NCBI GenBank assembly: GCA_963795085.1
Contig: CAWCFX010000006.1
Location: 32,001 to 96,000, forward strand
Direction: 5' to 3'
Origin: an uncultured Gemmatimonadales bacterium
GTDB lineage: Bacteria; Gemmatimonadota; Gemmatimonadetes; Gemmatimonadales; GWC2-71-9
DNA: 64,000 nucleotides
Numbering within the stretch: the first letter of the stretch is position 1; the number at the start of each line of letters is the position of its first letter. Below the pieces are notes generated by a model. That model was not told where the DNA came from. It saw nothing but the letters and a program-made list of their open reading frames with translations, and ran no database searches. Both the position numbers and the translations under genes were made by a program. Shown here piece after piece: positions 57,433 to 64,000 of the stretch.

Positions 57433-58150
57433 GCGCCGCCTCCTGCCGTCCCCGGAACGGCACCTGGTCGACTTCAATGCCCCGCTCCCTCGCCACCTGG
57501 CGGGCAGTGACCAGCCGGCTGAGGCCGTCCATGACGGCCCGCACCATGTTGTGGGGGTTGTTGGATCCCAGGCTCTTGGTCAGGATATCGGTGATTCCGG
57601 CGCACTCGAGCACCGCCCGCACCGGTCCCCCGGCAATGACGCCAGTCCCGCTCGCGGCGGGCTTGAGCAGCACCCGGCCAGCGCCATGTTTCCCGATGAT
57701 TTCGTGGGGAATGGTGGCGCCCACCCGGGGCAGCTCGATCATGCTCCGCTTGGCGGCCTCGACCGCCTTGCGAACCGCCTCGGACACCTCGTTGGCCTTG
57801 CCGGTCGCGACGCCGACCCGCCCCTTGGCGTCGCCGACGGCGACCAGGGCGTTGAAGGAGAACCGCCGGCCGCCCTTGACCACCTTGGCCACCCGGTTGA
57901 TCGCGACCACGTTCTCGACCATGTCGCTGCCGTGCTCCCGGTCCCGGTCGCGCCGGGGTCCGCCCGGCCCGCCCCGGCCCGGCCCGCCCCGGCCCTGTCC
58001 GCCCCGTCCACCGCCGCCGCGCCCGCCACGCCCACCGCCGCCGCCGCCGCCCTGGGTCGGAGTCGGAGGAGACTGGGTAGCGCCGGCCTGAGGGGCTTCG
58101 GCGCCCGCGTCACCGCGCTCGGGCGCGGTGTTTTCCTGTTCGTTTGCCAT
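57425..58150 (-). CDS. rpsE: 30S ribosomal protein S5 with N-terminal Gly/Arg-rich extension
   Basis: [24 protein letters not shown]. Confidence 0.97.
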   Translation of the reverse strand: MANEQENTAPERGDAGAEAPQAGATQSPPTPTQGGGGGGGRGGRGGGGRGGQGRGGPGRGGPGGPRRDRDREHGSDMVENVVAINRVAKVVKGGRRFSFNALVAVGDAKGRVGVATGKANEVSEAVRKAVEAAKRSMIELPRVGATIPHEIIGKHGAGRVLLKPAASGTGVIAGGPVRAVLECAGITDILTKSLGSNNPHNMVRAVMDGLSRLVTARQVARERGIEVDQVPFRGRQEAAHA

Positions 58151-58521
58151 CAGAACTCCAATCCGCCTTCGCGCGCGCCCTCGGCAACCGCCTGGACACG
58201 ACCGTGATAACGATAGCCCGCCCGGTCGAACACCACCTTGCTGATCCCGGCCGCCTTGGCCTTCTCCGCCAGCAGCTTGCCGACCGCCTTGCCCCGAGCC
58301 ACCTTGCCGGCACCTTCCACCTGGATGCCCTCGCTGCCGTCGGCGACACCCAGCAGGGTCACGCCGCGGTCATCGTCCACCAACTGGGCATAGATGTGCT
58401 TCAGCGAACGGAATACCGCGAGACGGGGACGCTCAGCGGTCCCGCTGACTTTCTTCCGGACCCGGAGGTGGCGCCGGTGGCGCAGCTGCAGCCGGCCTTT
58501 CGGCGCATGAATCGAACGCAT
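58150..58521 (-). CDS. rplR: 50S ribosomal protein L18
   Basis: [28 protein letters not shown]. Confidence 0.97.
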   Translation of the reverse strand: MRSIHAPKGRLQLRHRRHLRVRKKVSGTAERPRLAVFRSLKHIYAQLVDDDRGVTLLGVADGSEGIQVEGAGKVARGKAVGKLLAEKAKAAGISKVVFDRAGYRYHGRVQAVAEGAREGGLEF

Positions 58522-59060
58522 TACTTGGCTCCTGTCTTGCCGGCCTTGCGGCGGACCTGTTCACCCTGGTAGCGCACCCCTTTGCCCTTGTAGGGCTCCG
58601 GCGGCCGCACGTTGCGCAATTCGGCGGCGACCTGGCCGACGGTTTCCTTGTCGGCGCCTTCGATCTTCACCACCGTGTTGTTCTCGACCGAGATCTTGAT
58701 CCCCTTGGGCGCCTGGTACGGCACCTTGTGGGAGTAGCCCACGATCAGGTCTACCCCGTACGGCTTGGTCTCCGCCTTGTAGCCGACGCCCTGGATCTCC
58801 AGGGTCTTGAGGTAGCCCTTGGACACGCCCTCGACCATGTTGGCGACCAGCGTGCGGGACAGGCCGTGCAGGGCCCGGTGCCGCGGCTCATCGCTGGGCC
58901 GGCTCACCGTGACCTCGCCCCCCTCGAGCTTGAGCGCCATGTCGGGATGGAAGGTGCGCGACAGCTCTCCCCTGGGGCCCTTGATGGCCACAGTCTGGCC
59001 GTTGATCGTGACGGTGACCCCCTGGGGGACGGCCACCGGCTTCTTTCCGATTCGCGACAT
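58521..59060 (-). CDS. rplF: 50S ribosomal protein L6
   Basis: [20 protein letters not shown]. Confidence 0.97.
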   Translation of the reverse strand: MSRIGKKPVAVPQGVTVTINGQTVAIKGPRGELSRTFHPDMALKLEGGEVTVSRPSDEPRHRALHGLSRTLVANMVEGVSKGYLKTLEIQGVGYKAETKPYGVDLIVGYSHKVPYQAPKGIKISVENNTVVKIEGADKETVGQVAAELRNVRPPEPYKGKGVRYQGEQVRRKAGKTGAK

Positions 59061-59068
59061 GCTCGCTC

Positions 59069-59464
59069 CTACCAGACGACGGCGAGCAACTCGCCGCCCA
59101 GGTTCGCCGTGCGCGCTTCGCGGTCGGTCATCAACCCCCGGGGGGTCGAGACGATCGCCATCCCGAGGCCGTTCTTGACCCGGGGCAGCTCACGGCACTT
59201 GACGTATCGGCGCAGGCCCGGCGTCGATACCCGTTTGAGTTCGCGGATGACCGGCGCCTCATTGTGGTACTTGAGGTAGAGCCGCAGGACGCCCTGCTGG
59301 CCGTCGTCGAGGACCTTGAAGTCCGCGATGTAATGGTTGTCCCGAAGGAGGCGCGCCATCTCGGCCTTCAACTTCGACACCGGCATATCTACCCGCCGCT
59401 GGCCCGCGGCGCAGGCGTTGCGGATGCGGGTCAGCATATCGGCGATCGGATCAGTCATGCTCAT
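59069..59464 (-). CDS. rpsH: 30S ribosomal protein S8
   Basis: TDPIADMLTRIRN, STPGLRRY. Confidence 0.97.
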   Translation of the reverse strand: MSMTDPIADMLTRIRNACAAGQRRVDMPVSKLKAEMARLLRDNHYIADFKVLDDGQQGVLRLYLKYHNEAPVIRELKRVSTPGLRRYVKCRELPRVKNGLGMAIVSTPRGLMTDREARTANLGGELLAVVW

Positions 59465-59479
59465 ACGTCGTCGGTCCCC

Positions 59480-59665
59480 TTACCAGCTGGCTTTGCGCAC
59501 GCCGGGAATCTCCCCCTTCAGCGCGAGCTCACGGAAACAAATTCGGCAGAGACCAAACTTGCGAAGAGTCGCCCGGACCCGTCCGCACCGGTTACACCGC
59601 CGCACGGTCCGCGTCTTGAACTTCGGCGTCCGCTTCGCTCTCTCAATCCAGGCCGTCTTTGCCAT
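59480..59665 (-). CDS. rpsN: 30S ribosomal protein S14, Zn-binding (C+) type
   Basis: RCNRCGR...LCRICFRE...GVRKASW. Confidence 0.96.
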   Translation of the reverse strand: MAKTAWIERAKRTPKFKTRTVRRCNRCGRVRATLRKFGLCRICFRELALKGEIPGVRKASW

Positions 59666-59744
59666 CCATCCCCCTATTGGGATTTGAGTCCACAACCTTC
59701 CATGTGAGCAGTCCTGCCCCGCTCCCTGCTCACCGCGTACTATC

Positions 59745-60434
59745 TCAGGCGGCCGGCGCCTCGCCCATGGCTATCGGGGTCTCGCCCCGGAAGGGCCAGC
59801 CGAACTCCCGCAGCAGCGACATGGCCAGGTCGTCCCGGCCGGCGCTGGTCACCAGGGTGATGTCCATCCCGTGGATCTTCTCGACTTTGTCGAAGTCGAT
59901 CTCGGGGAAGACCATCTGTTCCTTGATGCCGAACGAATAGTTGCCCCGCCCGTCAAAGCTCTTGGTGGCCAGCCCGCGGAAGTCCCGCATCCGGGGGATC
60001 GCCACCGCGATGAACCGGTCCAGGAACTCGTACATCCGGGCCCCCCGCAGCGTCACCATGGCGCCGATGGGCATGCCTTCCCGGAGCCCGAAGTTGGAGA
60101 TCGCCTTCTTGGCCCGGGTCACCACCGCCCGCTGGCCGGTGATAATCGAAAGCTCCTCGACGACCACGTCCACCAGCTTGGGATTCTTGGGCGCCTCGCC
60201 GATGCCCACGTTCAGCACGATCTTGACCAGCCGGGGAACCTGGTTCGGGTTCTTGAGATCGAACTCCCGCTGGAGCCGGGGCCGGACCACCTGCTGATAG
60301 TGGGTCAGCAGCCGGGGCGTGCCCTCGGACAGCTTGGGCGCGGGATCGACCGGCCCGCTGGTGGCCTTCTCCTTGCCCTTGCCGCCGCCCTGCTTCCCAG
60401 CCGGCGGCTGCTTCTTTTCCTTGACGTCTGCCAT
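59745..60434 (-). CDS. rplE: 50S ribosomal protein L5 (N-terminal extension)
   Basis: [31 protein letters not shown]. Confidence 0.97.
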   Translation of the reverse strand: MADVKEKKQPPAGKQGGGKGKEKATSGPVDPAPKLSEGTPRLLTHYQQVVRPRLQREFDLKNPNQVPRLVKIVLNVGIGEAPKNPKLVDVVVEELSIITGQRAVVTRAKKAISNFGLREGMPIGAMVTLRGARMYEFLDRFIAVAIPRMRDFRGLATKSFDGRGNYSFGIKEQMVFPEIDFDKVEKIHGMDITLVTSAGRDDLAMSLLREFGWPFRGETPIAMGEAPAA

Positions 60435-60482
60435 ATCTCCGTCTTTCTCTGGGCGGGCGGGCTCGCGGCCCGCCCCAACGTG

Positions 60483-60866
60483 TTACCGGCTGCGCGGGAT
60501 CGGCTGGCCCGACTTGACCGCGATCCGCTCCACCGTGCCGCCGCTGTCCTTCCGCCGGCGGATGCGGGTGGGCTGGCCGCTCTTGGGATCGATCAGCATC
60601 GCCTTGGAGTGGTGAATCGGTGCCGCGAACTCGATGATGCCGCCCTCCACGCCCTGGGCCGCCCGGCGGTGCCGCTTCACGATGTTGATGCCTTCCACCG
60701 TGATCCGGCCGGTCTTGGGATGCACCTGCAGCACCTTCCCCTGCCTGCCCTTGTCGTCGCCCGACATCACCTGGACGGTGTCGCCCTTGGTAATCCGGAT
60801 CCGGTGGCGGACCACCGGCTCGGTATGCCGGCGGCGGCGGGCCTTCTTGTACACGAGCGGTTTCAT
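60483..60866 (-). CDS. rplX: 50S ribosomal protein L24
   Basis: KGDTVQVMSGDDKG KOW motif, APIHHS. Confidence 0.95.
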   Translation of the reverse strand: MKPLVYKKARRRRHTEPVVRHRIRITKGDTVQVMSGDDKGRQGKVLQVHPKTGRITVEGINIVKRHRRAAQGVEGGIIEFAAPIHHSKAMLIDPKSGQPTRIRRRKDSGGTVERIAVKSGQPIPRSR

Positions 60867-60867
60867 G

Positions 60868-61236
60868 CTACAACACCTCCGGCGCCAGCGAGACGATCTT
60901 CATGTATTTCTTCTCCCGCAACTCCCGCGCAACGGGGCCGAAAATACGGGTCGCCCGGGGCTCGCCCTTGTCGTCGATCAGCACGGCGGCGTTCTCGTCG
61001 AACCGGATATAGGACCCGTCCTTGCGGCGGGTCTCCTTCGCGGTCCGCACGATCACCGCCTTGGCCACGTCGCCCTTCTTCACCTGGCCCGTCGGAATGG
61101 CGTCCTTGATGGCGACCACGACCCGGTCGCCCACCCCGGCGTAGCGCCGCTTGGAACCGCCCAGGACCCGGATGATCAGGGCCCGGCGGGCGCCGCTATT
61201 GTCGGCAATCTTGACGATCGTCTCTTGCTGAATCAT
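60868..61236 (-). CDS. rplN: 50S ribosomal protein L14
   Basis: [24 protein letters not shown]. Confidence 0.97.
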   Translation of the reverse strand: MIQQETIVKIADNSGARRALIIRVLGGSKRRYAGVGDRVVVAIKDAIPTGQVKKGDVAKAVIVRTAKETRRKDGSYIRFDENAAVLIDDKGEPRATRIFGPVARELREKKYMKIVSLAPEVL

Positions 61237-61259
61237 AAAATCTCTCGTCTCTCTGTGAG

Positions 61260-61296
61260 CCTCACCCCTGACCCCTCACCACTCTGCACCCCTGCC
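61260..61296 (+). repeat. Short degenerate heptamer repeat (CCTCACC/CCTGACC) between rpsQ and rplN
   Basis: CCTCACC-CCTGACC-CCTCACC followed by CTCTGCAC. Confidence 0.6.
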
Positions 61297-61326
61297 GTCT
61301 GCCCTCCCCGGGAGGAGGGGGTACGG

Positions 61327-61605
61327 CTACTTGGCACGCTCCACGACTTCCGTGACCCGCCACCGCACCGTCTTGGCGAGCGGCCGCGTTTCCATGATCC
61401 GCACCGTGTCCCCGGTCTTTGCCTCGTGCTCGTTCCGGGCTTTCACCCGCGACGACCGGTTGACCTGCTTGCCATACACCGGGTGGGCGAAGCGCCGGGT
61501 CAGCTCGACCGTGACCGTCTTCGTCATCTTGTCGCTCACGACAATCCCGGTCCGGACCTTCCGCCGGGTGCGTGCCTGGGTTTCCGTCACTGTCTCGTCA
61601 GCCAT
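61327..61605 (-). CDS. rpsQ: 30S ribosomal protein S17
   Basis: [25 protein letters not shown]. Confidence 0.96.
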   Translation of the reverse strand: MADETVTETQARTRRKVRTGIVVSDKMTKTVTVELTRRFAHPVYGKQVNRSSRVKARNEHEAKTGDTVRIMETRPLAKTVRWRVTEVVERAK

Positions 61606-61631
61606 GGTTCATTCCCTTGGTTGTCTGGCGG

Positions 61632-61829
61632 CTAGGCTTTCGCCGTGGCGCGCTCCCGCTGAATCGTCTGGATCCGGGCCAGGTCCTTGCGGATGTCCCG
61701 GAACCGCATCGGGTTTTCGATGGACTCCGTCGCCGACCGGAAGCGGAGCCGGAACCGCTCTTCCTTGAGCTCGGCCACCTTGGCGTCGAGGTCGTCCGCC
61801 GACAGGTCTCGCAAGTCTTCGATCTTCAT
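61632..61829 (-). CDS. rpmC: 50S ribosomal protein L29
   Basis: LKEERFRLRF, IRKDLARIQT. Confidence 0.95.
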   Translation of the reverse strand: MKIEDLRDLSADDLDAKVAELKEERFRLRFRSATESIENPMRFRDIRKDLARIQTIQRERATAKA

Positions 61830-61830
61830 G

Positions 61831-62244
<414 letters not shown>

Positions 62245-62247
62245 GCC

Positions 62248-62907
62248 TCAGGCTCCCGTGCTATAGGTACGGCCGGACAGGTCCTCGACGATCTCGCCCT
62301 TGAAGATCCAGACCTTGATCCCGATCGTGCCGTACGTGGTCATGGCCGTGGACGTCGCGTAGTCGATGTCGGCCCGCAGCGTGTGCAGCGGGACCCGGCC
62401 CTCGTGATATCCCTCGGTCCGCGCGATCTCGGCGCCGCCCAGCCGCCCCGCGGTCCGCACCTTGATGCCCTGGGCGCCCATCCGCATGGCGCTCTGGACC
62501 GCCCGCTTCATGGCCCGGCGGAACGAAATCCGCTGCTGGATCTGGTGGCCGATGTTGTCGGCGACCAGCTGGGCCGACAGCTCCGGCCGCTTGATCTCCT
62601 CGACGTTGACCGCCGATTCCTTCCCGGTCAGCTGGGCCAGCTCGTCGCGCAGCTTGTCCACCTCGGCGCCCCGCTTGCCGATGACCACACCGGGACGCCC
62701 GGTGTGAATCGTCACCGTCACCTTGCCGGGCCGCCGGTCGATGTGCACCTCGGCGATCGCCGCGTGCCCCAGCCGCGCCTTCAGGTACTTCCGGATCAGC
62801 TCGTCTTCCTTGAGCAGCGCCGGCATCTCCTTGGTGGCGAACCAGCGCGACTTCCACTGCTTGACGATGCCCAGCCGGAATCCGACCGGATGTGTCTTCT
62901 GGCCCAT
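62248..62907 (-). CDS. rpsC: 30S ribosomal protein S3
   Basis: [37 protein letters not shown]. Confidence 0.97.
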   Translation of the reverse strand: MGQKTHPVGFRLGIVKQWKSRWFATKEMPALLKEDELIRKYLKARLGHAAIAEVHIDRRPGKVTVTIHTGRPGVVIGKRGAEVDKLRDELAQLTGKESAVNVEEIKRPELSAQLVADNIGHQIQQRISFRRAMKRAVQSAMRMGAQGIKVRTAGRLGGAEIARTEGYHEGRVPLHTLRADIDYATSTAMTTYGTIGIKVWIFKGEIVEDLSGRTYSTGA

Positions 62908-63263
62908 TACTCGGTCTCCCTCGCCTCGACCATGATTTCCACGTGGCTCGTGCGCTTCCGGATCGGCGTCGCCCGCCCCTGGGCGGCCGCCGTGAACCGC
63001 TTGAGCGGCTGTCCCATGTTCACGATCGCCTTCTTGACGTAGAGCTGGTCCACGTCAAAGCTCTCGTTGGCCTGCATGGCCTTCTGCTCGGCGTTGGCCA
63101 CCGCGGAGCGCAGCGTCTTGGCAATCTGCTTCGCCGCCAGCTTCTTGTTGTACTTGAGGATGGCGTAGGCCTCGTTCACATCCTTGCCGCGGATGAGGTC
63201 GATGACCAGCCGCATCTTCCGGGGCGACTGGCGCACCAGCCGCTGAATAGCTCTGGCTTCCAT
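62907..63263 (-). CDS. rplV: 50S ribosomal protein L22
   Basis: [26 protein letters not shown]. Confidence 0.96.
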   Translation of the reverse strand: MEARAIQRLVRQSPRKMRLVIDLIRGKDVNEAYAILKYNKKLAAKQIAKTLRSAVANAEQKAMQANESFDVDQLYVKKAIVNMGQPLKRFTAAAQGRATPIRKRTSHVEIMVEARETE

Positions 63264-63265
63264 GG

Positions 63266-63556
63266 TTATTCCGGCTTCGCTTTCTTGTCCGCCACCAGCT
63301 TGCCGCTGTGGCCGCGGAACAGGCGGGTCGGCGCGAACTCGCCCAGCTTGTGGCCGACCATGTTCTCCGTCACGTACACCGGCACGAACTTGTTGCCGTT
63401 GTGCACCGCGAACGTGTGGCCCACGAACTCGGGAAGAATGGTGCTCGCCCGGCTCCAGGTCTTCACCACCTTCTTGTCGTTCTTGCTGTTCAGGACCTGC
63501 ACCTTAAAGAGCAGTGCCTCCTGGACGAACGGGCCCTTTTTCACACTGCGCGACAT
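63266..63556 (-). CDS. rpsS: 30S ribosomal protein S19
   Basis: [26 protein letters not shown]. Confidence 0.97.
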   Translation of the reverse strand: MSRSVKKGPFVQEALLFKVQVLNSKNDKKVVKTWSRASTILPEFVGHTFAVHNGNKFVPVYVTENMVGHKLGEFAPTRLFRGHSGKLVADKKAKPE

Positions 63557-63575
63557 AGCAATCCCCGGTAAACGC

Positions 63576-63619
63576 CAATTCCCTCAATTCCTCAATTCCC
63601 TCAATTCCCTCAATTCCCT
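63576..63619 (+). repeat. Nonamer tandem repeat (CAATTCCCT)x5, one unit 8 nt, abutting the rplB stop
   Basis: Directly visible. Confidence 0.9.
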
Positions 63620-64000
63620 ACGTCGTCGCCTTGCCCCGCTTGCGGCCCCGGACGATGAGCCGGTTCGACTTCTTCTTCGGACGCCGGGTCTTGACCCCCT
63701 CCGGCTTGCCCCACGGCGACACCGGCGGCCGGCCGCCCGAGCTCTTGCCCTCGCCGCCGCCCAGCGGGTGGTCCACCGGGTTCTTGGCGACGCCGCGGAC
63801 CGCGCTCCGCCGGCCCTTCCAGCGGTTGACGCCGGCCTTGCCGATCTTGATCAGCTCGTGCTCCGCGTTCCCCACCTCGCCGATCGTCGCCAGGCAGCGG
63901 CCGTGAATCCGCCGCATCTCGGTGCTCCGGAGCCGGACCGTGACGTAGTCGCCTTCCTTCGCCATCACCTGGACCGCCGCGCCGGCGCTCCGGGCGATCT
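63618..64000 (-). CDS. rplB: 50S ribosomal protein L2, 3' part (truncated by window edge)
   Basis: [36 protein letters not shown]. Confidence 0.97.
   Translation of the reverse strand, partial: IARSAGAAVQVMAKEGDYVTVRLRSTEMRRIHGRCLATIGEVGNAEHELIKIGKAGVNRWKGRRSAVRGVAKNPVDHPLGGGEGKSSGGRPPVSPWGKPEGVKTRRPKKKSNRLIVRGRKRGKATT

Overview
GC-rich bacterial chromosomal window, most consistent with a Gemmatimonadota-like diderm (inferred from gene content and style, not from a search). From left to right it holds: a Ser/Thr kinase (3' end)-PP2C-FHA/trypsin signalling module; a GxxExxY gene; a peptidoglycan-recycling operon (murQ-anmK-nagZ-SSS symporter); ggt; two paralogous glycine-zipper lipoproteins around a Cys-rich microprotein; an ABC exporter; a C-lobe-only pseudokinase; TauE, SLC13, ccdA, Fur and TIGR00300-like genes; two outer-membrane proteins; PLP enzymes; a PadR locus; priA; an HDAC; a ubiquitin-like microprotein cluster; glyQS; a type IV minor pilin cluster; purA; a degenerate PilT; trpS; suhB; and the map-adk-secY/spc/S10 ribosomal operon (rplB truncated by the window edge). 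No rRNA, tRNA, CRISPR array, transposase or prophage was recognised. The most unusual signals are non-coding. (i) Intergenic 7/9-nt tandem repeats often occur as inverted pairs; one pair brackets adk exactly, an 18-bp inverted repeat brackets the GxxExxY gene, and two gene-less versions are present. (ii) A near-consensus sigma70 promoter fires into a ~35-nt leader with a strong terminator ahead of purA, a candidate nucleotide-sensing attenuator. Two single-base homopolymer frameshifts may be assembly errors.
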